DNA of 64,000 nt, from the NCBI GenBank assembly GCA_963728205.1, contig CAVSIV010000001.1, positions 768,001-832,000 on the forward strand. The letters run 5' to 3'. Every line of letters begins with the position of its first letter. Positions within the stretch are counted from its first letter, which is position 1. Under the pieces are notes generated by a model that had not been told where the DNA came from, did not search any database, and saw only the letters and a program-made list of their open reading frames with translations. Shown here in pieces: positions 17,491-27,720 of the stretch. This DNA is from an uncultured Chloroflexia bacterium. Lineage in GTDB: Bacteria; Chloroflexota; Dehalococcoidia; UBA2979. Both the position numbers and the translations under genes were made by a program.

Positions 17491-18852
17491 GTGGCCGACG
17501 ACGTTCCAGCGGTGGAGGTGGCCGAGCGTGCCGAGCGCGACGCCGTCGCGCGCATGCCGGCCACGGCCGACGGCGCCCCGGGCGCGCCGCGGCCGCGCAT
17601 GTACTACGGGTACTGGCTGCTCATCGGCGGCTTCGTCGCCATGTTCGTGTCGGTAGGCACGCAGAACTACATCGGCGGCGTGTTCCTCAAGCCGATGACG
17701 CAGGACCTGGGCTGGACGCGCACGGAGTTCACGCTCTCGCGCACCATCGGTCAGTTCGTCGTCGCATTCCTCGGGTTCTACCTCGGCGCGATCGTGGACC
17801 GGCACGGCGGTCGGCGCCTGATGCTGATCGGCGCGACCGTGCTGTTCTTCGCGATCCTCGGCCTCAGCCGTGTCACGCAGCTCTGGCAGTGGATCCTGCT
17901 CAACGGGATCCTGCTGACCTCGGGCGCGGTGATGGCCGGCAACCTGGTCGTCAACGTCACGCTGTCGAAGTGGTTCGTCGAGCGGCGCGGTCGCGTGATC
18001 GCGCTGGCGTCGATGGGCGTGTCGTTCGCGGGGATCGCGATCCCACCGCTGGCGACGGCGGCGATGAACGCGTGGGGCTGGCGGGGGGCATGGGTCGCGA
18101 CGGCGTTCGCGGCGGCGCTCCTGCTCTACCCGGTGGCGCTGATCATGCGCCGCGCCCCGGAAGACCACGGCCTCTATCCCGACGGCAAGACGCGCGAGCA
18201 GGTCGACGCGGGCGGCGGTCACGCGGCAGCGGTCGACTTCGCGACGTCGATGACGCGCGGCCAGGCGGTGCGGACGGCGACGTTCTACCTGATCGTCGTG
18301 GCGTTCGGGTTCGGCGGGCTCTCGATCAGCGTGATGCTGCTCCAGACCATCCCGTTCATGACCGACGCCGGGTACAGCCGCGGCGTGGCGTCACTGATGA
18401 TCGCGCTGACGTCGACGCCGTCGCTGCTGTCGAAGCCGGTGTGGGGCTATCTGCTGGACCGCGCGGCGCCGCGCGCGATGGCGGCGTTCGGGTTCGTCGT
18501 GAACGCGATCGCGCTCGTGCTGATCGTGGTCACGGTGCGACTGCATGCGGACCTCGCCGTGTACGCGAGCTTCGTGCTGCTGGGCTGCGGCTGGGGCGGC
18601 TTCATCCCGCTGCAGGAGGTGATCTGGGCGACGTATTTCGGCCGCCGCCACCTGGGGGCGGTGCGCAGCGCGGGGATGCCGGTGGCGCTCGTCATGCAGG
18701 CCGGCGGCCCCCTGGCGGCGTCGATCTACTTCGACCACGTGGGCAACTACAACGGCGCGTTCCTGGGCGTGGCGTTCCTCAGCGTGGTGGCGCTGCTGCT
18801 CGTGCAGTTCTTGAAGCGGCCGCAGCGCGGTGGCGTGCCGGCAGCGGCGTAG
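17491..18852 (+). CDS. MFS transporter (OFA-like)
   Basis: YYGYW, DLGWTR, DRHGGRR, SKWFVERRG, YFGRRHLG; about 12 TM. Confidence 0.9.
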   Translation: MADDVPAVEVAERAERDAVARMPATADGAPGAPRPRMYYGYWLLIGGFVAMFVSVGTQNYIGGVFLKPMTQDLGWTRTEFTLSRTIGQFVVAFLGFYLGAIVDRHGGRRLMLIGATVLFFAILGLSRVTQLWQWILLNGILLTSGAVMAGNLVVNVTLSKWFVERRGRVIALASMGVSFAGIAIPPLATAAMNAWGWRGAWVATAFAAALLLYPVALIMRRAPEDHGLYPDGKTREQVDAGGGHAAAVDFATSMTRGQAVRTATFYLIVVAFGFGGLSISVMLLQTIPFMTDAGYSRGVASLMIALTSTPSLLSKPVWGYLLDRAAPRAMAAFGFVVNAIALVLIVVTVRLHADLAVYASFVLLGCGWGGFIPLQEVIWATYFGRRHLGAVRSAGMPVALVMQAGGPLAASIYFDHVGNYNGAFLGVAFLSVVALLLVQFLKRPQRGGVPAAA

Positions 18853-18991
18853 CGATCCGGCGGCGGCGTCGGGGCGAGCGCGGGGTCACACGCCCCGCGC
18901 TCGAGCGAGGGGGCCGGCCACGCGCCGCCGCGGCTGCCGTTGCTCCAGCAGTCCGGGTTCTCGGTCACGGGGCGCAGGTCCCGCGCTCGCC

Positions 18992-19492
18992 CTACGAGAT
19001 GCGCTCCAGCAGGCCGGTGCGCACGTCGTAGACGAAGCCGAGCACTTCGTAGTCCGGCGGGAAATGCTCGGAGCCGAGCAGGCGGCCGACGTCGTCGCGG
19101 ACGCTCTGCGCCACGTCGTCAAACGGCAGGAAGTCGATGTCGGGGGACGACCCTGCGACGGCCGCGACGCGCTCACGCAGACCCTCGTTGGTCTTCTCGA
19201 AGAGGCCGCAGTCGGTGTGGTGGATGACCACGCAGTGGCGCGTGTCGAGTAGCGCCGCCGAGAGGATGAGCGAGCGCAGCACGTCGGTCGTGACGCGGCC
19301 GCCGGCGTTGCGGATCACGTGCGCGTCGCCGAGCTCGACGCCGAGGATGCCCTGCGCCGTGTAGCGCGAGTCCATGCACGTGAGGATCGCAAGCCGCCGA
19401 CCGGGCCGGACGGGCAGCGCGCCGGCGGTGAAGCCGGAAGCGTAGGCGCGGTTGGCGGAAATGAACTGTTCGGCGAGCGACGGCTCGGGCAC
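18992..19492 (-). CDS. beta-class carbonic anhydrase (clade D-like)
   Basis: CMDSR, HVIRNAGGRV, HHTDCG, GFVYDVRTG. Confidence 0.93.
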   Translation of the reverse strand: MPEPSLAEQFISANRAYASGFTAGALPVRPGRRLAILTCMDSRYTAQGILGVELGDAHVIRNAGGRVTTDVLRSLILSAALLDTRHCVVIHHTDCGLFEKTNEGLRERVAAVAGSSPDIDFLPFDDVAQSVRDDVGRLLGSEHFPPDYEVLGFVYDVRTGLLERIS

Positions 19493-19755
19493 GCTGGCGT
19501 CACCTCCTGTGCGGTGGGACGCCGCGAAGGCCCGTCGTCCGGGGCGAGTGGGCGGCGGCCCTCGACGGTTTGCCGGCGCAGCATCCTGCGCCGGCGTCGA
19601 CGATACATGGCGGGTCCGCTGGGTTCACCGTGTCGGCCGCCGGACGCCGGCCGGCTGAGGTGTGCCTCCGGTTGCCCCCGCGCGACGACGGGTCCACGAT
19701 GAGGCCCCTCCCGCTCACGTCAATGTCAGGTCGCCGCACACCGCGAAGGACGTTC

Positions 19756-21249
19756 GTGACCGAAGAACGACGGGACCCCGACGCGCGCGGGACGCGGCCG
19801 TCCACCCGGCGAGCCCCCTCTGCAACGGACCACGACCGCAACGGCGCGCGCCCGGCGCCCGGCGGCGGGCGCGACGGCGACGCCAACGGCATCGGCAACG
19901 ACAGCGGCGCCGGCCCCGGCGGCAGCGGCGGGGGACCGCGTGGCGGCACCGCGCGCGCCACCGGTGGCGCGCCCGAGCCGGCGCCGTCGGACGACGGCGG
20001 CGACGCGGGCGGGCGCTTCGCCGCGCTTCGCCGCATCCGCACCTTCGACTCCTTCTCCAACATCGGCTTCCGCTGGTTCTTCCTGGCGATGCTCGGTCAG
20101 ATGGCGTCGGTCAACATGCAGCAGGTCGTGCGCGGGTTCCTCGTGTACGAGCTCACCGGGTCGTACGCGGCGCTCGGCACCGTCGCGCTCGTCAACGCGC
20201 TGCCGGGCATGGCGCTCTCGCTCTACGGGGGTGTGATCGCGGATCGCGTGCGGCAGAAGAAGTACGTCGTGCAGGTCGGGCAGTTCCTGAGCGCGGCCAT
20301 CGCCTTCATCGTCGGCCTGCTGCTCGTCGCGGGGATGCTGACCTACGTCGATCTGCTGATCGCGTCGTTCGTCCAGGGCATCGTGCAGTCGCTCATGATG
20401 CCGGCGCGGCAGGCGATGATCCCCGAGGTCGTCGGGATGAAGCGGCTGATGAACGCGGTCGCGCTGAACGCCGCCGGGCAGAACACGATGCGGATCCTGG
20501 GGCCGGCCGTCGGCGGCCTGCTGCTCGCGATCGTGACGCCGCAGTGGGTCTACTTCTTCATGACCGCCGCGTACCTGTCGGCCGTCGCGTTCCTGGTGAA
20601 GGTGCCGAAGTCGCCGGCGCCGGACGCGGTGCCGGGCCGCGCGCGGCGCAAGGCCGGCATGCGCGAGATGTTCGACGGCATCCGCTACATCGCGAAGGAC
20701 CCGCCGCTGCGCGCGGTGCTCTCGGTGAACGTGATCGTGATCCTGCTCTCGATGCCGTACGTCTTCCTGCTGCCCGGCTTCGTCGCGAGCGCGCTCCACC
20801 AGGGCCCGGCGGTCCTCGGCCTGCTCCTGAGCTTGACCGGCGTCGGGGCGCTGCTCGGCGCGCTGGTCGTGGCGTCGCTGCCGCCGCGCAAGCGCGGGCT
20901 GCTCTACCTGCTCTCGGCGCTGCTGCAGGGCCTGATGCTGACGGTGTTCTCGTTCTCGCCGTGGCTGTGGCTGACGATGCCCGTGATGATCGTGATGGGG
21001 ATCGGCCAGGCGGGGCGGCAGTCGTTCAGCAACGTCCTGGCGCAGCAGTATTCGGCGGACGAGTATCGCGGCCGCGTGATGAGCGTGTACATGCTGCAGT
21101 TCAACCTGACGCGCATCGGCACGTTCATCGTCGGCATCCTCGCGGCGCTCTTCGGGGCGCGGCTGGCGCTCGGCGGGACGTCGCTGCTGATGGTGGGGAT
21201 GGTGCTGGCGACGCTGGCGTTCGCACCGAGCTTCCGCCGGCTGGAGTGA
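19756..21249 (+). CDS. MFS transporter (MFS_3/DHA3-like)
   Basis: GGVIADRV, MPARQAMIPEVVG, NAVALN, YRGRVMS; start uncertain. Confidence 0.88.
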   Translation: MTEERRDPDARGTRPSTRRAPSATDHDRNGARPAPGGGRDGDANGIGNDSGAGPGGSGGGPRGGTARATGGAPEPAPSDDGGDAGGRFAALRRIRTFDSFSNIGFRWFFLAMLGQMASVNMQQVVRGFLVYELTGSYAALGTVALVNALPGMALSLYGGVIADRVRQKKYVVQVGQFLSAAIAFIVGLLLVAGMLTYVDLLIASFVQGIVQSLMMPARQAMIPEVVGMKRLMNAVALNAAGQNTMRILGPAVGGLLLAIVTPQWVYFFMTAAYLSAVAFLVKVPKSPAPDAVPGRARRKAGMREMFDGIRYIAKDPPLRAVLSVNVIVILLSMPYVFLLPGFVASALHQGPAVLGLLLSLTGVGALLGALVVASLPPRKRGLLYLLSALLQGLMLTVFSFSPWLWLTMPVMIVMGIGQAGRQSFSNVLAQQYSADEYRGRVMSVYMLQFNLTRIGTFIVGILAALFGARLALGGTSLLMVGMVLATLAFAPSFRRLE

Positions 21250-21403
21250 ATCCGGAGGGCGAGGCGGCGAGCGCTCGCCGTGAGCGCTCCCGCCGGTGAC
21301 TCGCACCCGAAGAACGTCCACACGTCGACGCGCGCGCGGCGCCCGCCGCGCACCGCCCGTGACGATCCCACGGCAGCGCGTACGGCTGCCGCTCGCCGCG
21401 AGG

Positions 21404-21455
21404 AGCGGCGGCGTGCGCCGCCGGGGGCATCGGCGGCGTGCTGCCGCCGCTTGAG
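21404..21455. repeat. REP-like palindrome doublet
   Basis: AGCGGCGGCGTGCGCCGCCG ... TCGGCGGCGTGCTGCCGCCGCTTGAG between convergent genes. Confidence 0.45.
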
Positions 21456-21475
21456 ACGGGCGCCGCGGCGCGCGA

Positions 21476-22990
21476 TTAGCTGAAGAACGCTTCCACGGCG
21501 GCGCGCTCGTTGCCGAAGGGATCCTCGGCCAGCGCCGAGGCGCGGTCGAAGACCATCGTCGGCCGCGCGTGGTCGTCGTAGGCCGGCCAGGCGCCGATGC
21601 CTTCGTGGCTCGGATTGCCGGTGCGCGCGAACGCCAGCCACGCGTCCATCATGTTCGTCGAGAGCCGCTCCGCGTCCGGGCCCGTGCCGGCGAAGCGGTC
21701 CTGCGTCGGCGCGTCGAGCGTGCCGAAGACGAACGGCATCTCCAGCGCGTGGCATGCGCCGAACGCCCCGTGCCGCGCCGGCGACTCCCACGTGAAGAGG
21801 TAGACGTACGCGCGCGGCTGGTGCGCGCGCTGCGCGAGCGCGAGCCGCGCCGCCGGCACCCGGAAGCGCGCGTCCGTCTGGATCGCGTCGAGCACGTCGA
21901 CGTTCGCGTGCGGGAGCCCCAGCCCGCGGCGCGACTCGCGGTAGAGCGCGATCAGCCGGTGTGCGTCCTCGTCGTCGGCGCGCGGGAGCGTGGCGCGCAC
22001 GAGCTGCGGCAGCTGCTCGTCGGAGACGGTCGCGCGGTCGCGCGTGGCGTTGAAGAGCTTCACCTCGTCGCGGTTCGTGCCGATGAGCAGCGGCACCGAG
22101 GCGGCGGAGCCGCTCGCGACGGCGTCGAGCGGCCGCACGGGTAGCGTGTCGCCGTCGACGATCGGGCCGAACGACGGCAGGCCCTCGCGTTGCGCTCGCG
22201 CGGTGACGCGGCCCTGCGCCCCCACGATGTCCGCGGCGGGCGCCGCGAAGATCGGCTCGGGGTTCGTGCGGCCAAGGCCGAGCTCGCCGAGGAGCTCCTC
22301 GGCGAGGCGCGTGGCGGTCTCGCGGTCGCCGAGGCGCGCGGCGGTGCCGCTCTCGAGCACCGCGCGATGGAAGAGGCCGGCGGCCGCCGGCATCGCGAGC
22401 AGGCAGCCGACGGCCGAGGCACCGGCCGACTCGCCGAAGATCGTCACGTTGCCGGGGTCGCCGCCGAAGCCGGCGATCTCGTTGCGCACCCAGCGCAGCG
22501 CGGCAACGCAGTCGAGCAGTGCTGCGTTGGCGGTCACGCCGGCGCCGGGCAGGAGGTCGCCGAGGTGCAGGAACCCGAGGGCGCCCAGCCGGTAGTGGAT
22601 CGTCACGACGACGACGTCGCCGCGCTCGGCGAGCGGACCGCCGTCGTAGAGCAGCTCGGACCCGGAGCCGTGTGTGAAGCCGCCGCCGTGGATCCAGAAC
22701 AGCACCGGCCGATGCGCGCCGTCGGGACGCGGCGTGTAGACGTTGAGGTTCAGGCAGTCTTCGTCGCGCGGGCCGCTCGCGGCGAAGCCCTGGATCGGGT
22801 GGTCGCCCTGCGGGGCGGAGGCGGCGAATGCCTTCGCCGGGCGCACGTCCTCCCACGCGCCCGACGTCTCGGGCGCGGTCCACCGGCGGCGTCCGGTGGG
22901 CGCGGCGGCGAACGGGATGCCGAGGAACGCGTGGTGGTGCGGACGCTCCAGCCCCTCGACGGTTCCGTACGACGTGTCGACGCGTGCCAT
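21476..22990 (-). CDS. carboxylesterase type B (PnbA-like)
   Basis: FLGIPFA, EDCLNLNV, WIHGGGF, FGESAG, GTNRDE, GACHALE. Confidence 0.94.
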   Translation of the reverse strand: MARVDTSYGTVEGLERPHHHAFLGIPFAAAPTGRRRWTAPETSGAWEDVRPAKAFAASAPQGDHPIQGFAASGPRDEDCLNLNVYTPRPDGAHRPVLFWIHGGGFTHGSGSELLYDGGPLAERGDVVVVTIHYRLGALGFLHLGDLLPGAGVTANAALLDCVAALRWVRNEIAGFGGDPGNVTIFGESAGASAVGCLLAMPAAAGLFHRAVLESGTAARLGDRETATRLAEELLGELGLGRTNPEPIFAAPAADIVGAQGRVTARAQREGLPSFGPIVDGDTLPVRPLDAVASGSAASVPLLIGTNRDEVKLFNATRDRATVSDEQLPQLVRATLPRADDEDAHRLIALYRESRRGLGLPHANVDVLDAIQTDARFRVPAARLALAQRAHQPRAYVYLFTWESPARHGAFGACHALEMPFVFGTLDAPTQDRFAGTGPDAERLSTNMMDAWLAFARTGNPSHEGIGAWPAYDDHARPTMVFDRASALAEDPFGNERAAVEAFFS

Positions 22991-23254
22991 GTGTCTCCCC
23001 TCCTCGATCCCACTCCGGCGCAGCTCGCCCCGGGGCCCAGGCGGTGACCGTGACCCGGGGCGGCCGAGCGGCTCGAGCACCGCACCGGGATTCTAGGACG
23101 GCGGAGGGTCGGGGAGTGTCCCGGGTCCTGGTGAGGCGGCGGCGCATCTGCCATCGCTTGCGAAGGGCTGCGGTCGGCGAGACCGGCGCGACGGGGGCAG
23201 GGAGGCGGCCCACCACGCTCCCCACCCCCGCCGCGGCTGCGCGAGAGGCTGCCG

Positions 23255-24175
23255 CTACGGCTTCGCCAGCGACCAGACGCCGCCGACGCCGTCACCGCTC
23301 ACGTCGGCCGGGAGGTGGTCGCCGGCGAACGTGTAGAGCGGCAAGCCCTGGTAGGTGATCTGCTGCGTCCCGTCGTCGCGCGCGAGCATGTCGAGCTTGC
23401 CGCTCGCCGCGCTCACCGCGGTCGGGGCCATGCCCTTCGGCAGGACCAGCGCCGGCCAGTTCGTCAGGCAGCTGCCGGTGCAGTTGCTGACCCCGGCGGT
23501 GTCCTTCGCGAAGGTGTAGAGCGAGAGCCCGTTCGGCGCGACCAGGTACGGGGCCTTCGCGCCGTCCGCGCGCACGCCGACGAAGGCGGTCGACGCGGTG
23601 TCGGGGCGCGCGACGAACCAGATGCCGCCGACGTTCTCGCCGTTGACGTCGCCGGGCGCCGCGTCCTTCGCGAACTCATAGAGCGGCGCCCCGTTGTACG
23701 TGACCTGCGTGCCCGAGGGCGTGTCGATGCTGTCGAGCGTCCCGGTGGCGGCAGCGTCGCCGGCGACCTGCTGGCCGCCGCCGAGGGTCAGTGGCGGCCA
23801 GGCCTGCAGGCAGCCGCCCGTGCAGTTGCTCTTCCCGGGCTCGTCTTTCAGGAAGACGTAGAGCGTCCGGCCATCGGGCGCGGTCAGGAAGGGGCCGAGC
23901 GCGGTGGTCTCGCCGACGCCGATCGCGAGCGTGGCGGCGCTCGCCGGTGCCGTGGTGGCCGCGGCGGCGGGCGTGCTCGTGGCCGTGGCCGTCGCGGCGG
24001 TGGTCGCCGCCGCTGCCGCCGCCGTCGCGGTACCGGCCGAGCTCGACGAGCTGCACGCGACGAGCGCAGCGGCGCCGACGAGGGCCAGCAGGGCTGCGAT
24101 CCCGCCTGTGCGCGCGCGGCGGAGGCCCCGGCGGCCGCGGGTGCGATGGTCGGATGACGCGTTGCGCGTGAACAT
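23255..24175 (-). CDS. COG4315 lipoprotein with duplicated Yx(F/W/Y)xxD (Lipoprotein_15) repeats
   Basis: Lipobox LVAC; GRTLYVFLKD...SNCTGGCLQAWPP and GLSLYTFAKD...SNCTGSCLTNWP. Confidence 0.9.
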   Translation of the reverse strand: MFTRNASSDHRTRGRRGLRRARTGGIAALLALVGAAALVACSSSSSAGTATAAAAAATTAATATATSTPAAAATTAPASAATLAIGVGETTALGPFLTAPDGRTLYVFLKDEPGKSNCTGGCLQAWPPLTLGGGQQVAGDAAATGTLDSIDTPSGTQVTYNGAPLYEFAKDAAPGDVNGENVGGIWFVARPDTASTAFVGVRADGAKAPYLVAPNGLSLYTFAKDTAGVSNCTGSCLTNWPALVLPKGMAPTAVSAASGKLDMLARDDGTQQITYQGLPLYTFAGDHLPADVSGDGVGGVWSLAKP

Positions 24176-24224
24176 GAAGCCGATCCCCTCTCGCGGCGCG
24201 TGCCGCCTTCGGTGTCGCGGTTGC

Positions 24225-24258
24225 CACTGACTCGCGCCGGCGGCGCGGACGGATCACC
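24225..24258 (-). promoter_or_regulatory. ECF sigma promoter for the COG4315 gene
   Basis: Minus strand GGTGATCCG-N15-CGAG-T-CAGTG, same pattern as 24336-24369. Confidence 0.7.
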
Positions 24259-24335
24259 ACGGGCGCGAACGCGGGCATCGGCCGCCGCGGGCGGGCTAGC
24301 ATGGGCGCCGGCGGCGCGTCCCCGCGCGCCGTTGC

Positions 24336-24369
24336 GGTGATCCGGAACGAGGGCTCGTGCGAGACAGTG
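24336..24369 (+). promoter_or_regulatory. autoregulatory ECF sigma promoter (leaderless mRNA)
   Basis: GGTGATCCG-N15-CGAG-A-CAGTG ending just before GTG 24372. Confidence 0.7.
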
Positions 24370-24371
24370 AT

Positions 24372-24941
24372 GTGCACGACCAGCCCACCACGATCGCGGC
24401 GCGCATCCACGCGCGCGACGCCTCGGCGCTGCGCGAGCTCTTCGAACAGGAGGGGCGGCGTGCGCTGGGGCTCGCGTACCGCGTCCTGGGTGAGCAGGCG
24501 GCCGCCGAGGACGCCGTCCAGGAGGCGTTCACCCAGCTGTGGGAGCGCGCCGCGCGGCTCGATCCCGCGGGCGGCCGCATCGAGTCGCTGCTGATGACGA
24601 TGGTTCACCGTCGCGCGATCGACCTCGCCCGCCGGCGGAGCCGGGCGCCGCGCCCGCTGCCGAGCGTCGAGCTGCTGCCGCACGTCGACGAGGAGGCGCA
24701 GGCGGTGCTCGATCACGTCGTGGAGGCGGTCTCCAGCGAGGGGCTGCGCGCGCAGCTGCGCGGGATGCTCGGTGCGCTGCCGGACGAGCAGCGCCGCGTC
24801 GTCGAGCAGGTGCACTACGACGGGCTGACGCTGCGCGAGATCGCCGAGCGCGAAGGGGTGCCGCTGGGCACGGTGAAGAGCCGGCTGCGGCTGGCGATGA
24901 CGAAGCTGACCGAGGCGATGCGAACGAGGGCGCCGCGATGA
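24372..24941 (+). CDS. ECF sigma-70 factor (SigK-like)
   Basis: AEDAVQEAFTQLW, HRRAID, LPDEQR, GLTLREIA, PLGTVKSRLR. Confidence 0.92.
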   Translation: MHDQPTTIAARIHARDASALRELFEQEGRRALGLAYRVLGEQAAAEDAVQEAFTQLWERAARLDPAGGRIESLLMTMVHRRAIDLARRRSRAPRPLPSVELLPHVDEEAQAVLDHVVEAVSSEGLRAQLRGMLGALPDEQRRVVEQVHYDGLTLREIAEREGVPLGTVKSRLRLAMTKLTEAMRTRAPR

Positions 24942-25738
24942 CCCGGGCGATCACCTGCGACGAGGCGCGCGAGCTCTTGCCGGGCTACGCGTTCGACGCG
25001 CTCGAGGACGACGGGCGCGAGGCGCTCGAGGCTCATCTCGGCGCCGGGCGCGAGCACGACGCGGAGCTGGTGGAGCTGCGGGCGACGGTGTTCGCGCTCG
25101 ACACGCTGGCGGATGAGCGCGAGCCGTCGGGCGCGCTGGGTGCGCGGATCGCGAGCATCACGCGGGCCGCACCGGCGGTGGGCGCCGCGGATGCGGAAGC
25201 GGCCACGGCGGCGGACGCGCCGGGCGTGGGGGTCGCGGCCGCCGGGCCGCCGGGCGACGCGGTCGCGGCGCCGTTGACGGGGGCGACCGCGCGCGGCGGG
25301 CGCCGCGCGACGCGGCTGCGCTGGGCGCTCGCCGCGGCCGCGGTGGTTGCGCTGGTCGCCGTATTTGCCGCGGGTTGGGCGGTCGGTCGCGGCGGCCGGA
25401 GCGGCGCGGCGCCGCTGTTCGCGTTCTCGGTAGAGGGCGGCGGCGGCCAGCTCGTGCGCTTCTCCGGCGTGGCCGGCGAGAGCCCCGTCAGCGTGACGAT
25501 GGCCGGCCTCCAGCGTCTGGACCCCGAGCACGCCTACGAGCTGTGGGCGATCCGCGACGGCCGGTGGATGCGCATCGGCGTCTGCAATACGAATGCGGCC
25601 GGTGGCTGGGTCGGAACGTTCCCGTTCGCGCTCCGCGCGGGCGACGACGTGGCGCTCACGATCGAGCCGGCCGGCGGCTCCGCCGCGCCAAGCTCGACGC
25701 CGATCCTGCGCCGGGGATCCGGCGCGCGGCAGGGGTGA
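24938..25738 (+). CDS. RskA-like anti-sigma factor
   Basis: ELLPGYAFDAL, EAHL, TM segment, YELWAI, ALTIEPAGGS; ATGA overlap with sigma. Confidence 0.85.
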   Translation: MTRAITCDEARELLPGYAFDALEDDGREALEAHLGAGREHDAELVELRATVFALDTLADEREPSGALGARIASITRAAPAVGAADAEAATAADAPGVGVAAAGPPGDAVAAPLTGATARGGRRATRLRWALAAAAVVALVAVFAAGWAVGRGGRSGAAPLFAFSVEGGGGQLVRFSGVAGESPVSVTMAGLQRLDPEHAYELWAIRDGRWMRIGVCNTNAAGGWVGTFPFALRAGDDVALTIEPAGGSAAPSSTPILRRGSGARQG

Positions 25739-25773
25739 AGCCTGCCCTGTGCCCCATGGGGTTGAACGTCATC

Positions 25774-25868
25774 GTGAAGCGGCGGCAGATATGCCGCCGA
25801 CAGAAGCGCGGCGCCAGCCGCGGACTGCGTCCGCGTCCTGTCGGCGGCGTATCTGCCGCCGCTGTGAC
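25774..25868. repeat. REP/REPIN-like inverted palindrome doublet
   Basis: GTGAAGCGGCGGCAGATATGCCGCCGACAG ... CTGTCGGCGGCGTATCTGCCGCCGCTGTGAC between convergent genes. Confidence 0.65.
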
Positions 25869-25896
25869 TGTTCGACGAGACCGCCGCGCCTCGGCG

Positions 25897-27720
25897 TCAG
25901 GCGGGCACCGAGCGCATGCCGGCCGCCTGGGTCTGCTCCGCCGCGCCGACGGGGAGCGGGTCGCCGGAGTCGTCGACCGGCCAGAGCGGCAGCGTGAAGC
26001 GAACCTCGAGGCCGCCGCCGTCGCGCGGCATGGCCCAGATGGCACCGGAGAGCGCCTCGACGAGCCGTCGGCAGACGGTGAGGCCCATCCCGACGCCCGG
26101 GGCGTCGACGCGCTCGGAGCGATAGAACCGCTCGAAGATCAGGTCCAGTTCGTGCGGCGCCACGCCGATCCCGCGGTCGAGCACGGCCACCCACGCGTGA
26201 TCGGCGTCCACGCCGGCCGTCACGTCGATGGGCTCGCCGGCACCGCTGTACTTGTCGGCGTTCGTGAGCAGGTTGTGCAGCACCTGCTCGACGTAGGTCT
26301 GCTCCGCCGCCACCAGCAGCATGTCCTGTGTGGGCGTGAACCGCACCGCGCGGTCCCCGCGGAAGTGCATGAAGCGGTCGGCGCTCGCCTGCACCACGGT
26401 ATTGAGCGACACGGGCTCGGTGCCCAGGTTCGCGCCGACCTCGACGCGGGCGAGCACCAGGAGGTCCTCCACGATGCGGCGCAGGCGCTCGGACTCGCGC
26501 GCGAGGGTCTGGACCAGCTCGGAGCGGCGCTCCGCGGAGAGGGATCGGTCGCGGGACCACAGCATCTGCGCGCTGCCGTAGACGGTCGTGAGCGGCGTGC
26601 GCATCTCGTGCGAGATCAGCGCAAGGAACTCGTCCTTCGCCTCGCTCGTGCGGCGCAGCTCCTCGCGGACCTGCTCGGATTCCGTGAACAGGCGCGCGTT
26701 CTCCACGGCGAGCGCGCAGCGGTGCGCGAGGTCCTGGCCGAGCCGGAAGTCGTCGGCGTCGTAGACGCGCTCGCTATCGCCGAGGCCGAGCGCCATCGTC
26801 CCCACCGTGCGCAGGTGCGCGACGAGCGGGAACACCATGACCGAGCGGCGCCCGAGCAGGCGCAGGTGCGCGATCTGGTCGGCGTCGAGGTGCTCGTCCG
26901 GCTCGAGGGTCGACGGGTCGAGCACGATGCCGGGCCGTTCGCCGGCGAACGCGGCGAAGGCCTCGGCGCTGTTCGGCTCGGCATGCCGCGCGGAGAGCGC
27001 CGCCTCGAGCTCGGGGTCCGCGGCGGCAATCACGCGCCGACTCTGCCAGCCGTCGGCCTCGTCGATGTCGACGATGCACGCCGTGGCGACGGTCGGCACC
27101 GCCAGCCGCGCGATGCTGCGCAGCGTCGCGTCGTAATCGAGCGAGGTAAGGATCGTGCTCGCCTCGGCGAGGAAGGCGAGCCGCCGCTGCGCCGCGCGCG
27201 CCTCCGCGAGGGCGCTCTCGCGCTGCTCGAGCAGCTCGTCCTTGGCGCCGTTTGCCGCGAGCAGCTCGCGCGTGCGCTCGTGGACCGCCTCCTCGAGCTC
27301 GATGGCGCGGCGCTCGAGCGCCGACTGCTGCGCGTCCACCTGTCGCTGCAGCGCGCTCACCTGCAGCGCGCGCGCGAGCGACGCCACGAAGTAGTCACGG
27401 TCGATCGGCTTCTGGATGAAGTCGAACGCGCCGCCGCGCAGCGCCTGCACGGCGAGGTCGCGCTCGCCGTGCCCGGTGATCAGCACGGTCGGGGTGTGCG
27501 GCCGGAAGCGCCGGATCATCGCCAGCAGGCCCAGGCCGTCGATGCCCGGCATCTTGATGTCGGTGACGATCACGTCGTAGTCGACGGCCTGGATCTGGTG
27601 AATGGCGCGCGCGGCGGACTCGCAGACGTCGACCGCGACGCCGGGCATGCGCAGCCGCAGCGCGGCCGGCAGGGCGTCGAGGAGGGCCGCGTCGTCGTCG
27701 ACGATCAGGATGCTGCTCAT
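25897..27720 (-). CDS. hybrid REC-GAF-histidine kinase
   Basis: ILIVDDD, TDIKMPGIDG, ITGHG, FIQKP; GAF; SHEMRTPL, NLLTNADKY, DRGIG, GVGMGL. Confidence 0.93.
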   Translation of the reverse strand: MSSILIVDDDAALLDALPAALRLRMPGVAVDVCESAARAIHQIQAVDYDVIVTDIKMPGIDGLGLLAMIRRFRPHTPTVLITGHGERDLAVQALRGGAFDFIQKPIDRDYFVASLARALQVSALQRQVDAQQSALERRAIELEEAVHERTRELLAANGAKDELLEQRESALAEARAAQRRLAFLAEASTILTSLDYDATLRSIARLAVPTVATACIVDIDEADGWQSRRVIAAADPELEAALSARHAEPNSAEAFAAFAGERPGIVLDPSTLEPDEHLDADQIAHLRLLGRRSVMVFPLVAHLRTVGTMALGLGDSERVYDADDFRLGQDLAHRCALAVENARLFTESEQVREELRRTSEAKDEFLALISHEMRTPLTTVYGSAQMLWSRDRSLSAERRSELVQTLARESERLRRIVEDLLVLARVEVGANLGTEPVSLNTVVQASADRFMHFRGDRAVRFTPTQDMLLVAAEQTYVEQVLHNLLTNADKYSGAGEPIDVTAGVDADHAWVAVLDRGIGVAPHELDLIFERFYRSERVDAPGVGMGLTVCRRLVEALSGAIWAMPRDGGGLEVRFTLPLWPVDDSGDPLPVGAAEQTQAAGMRSVPA

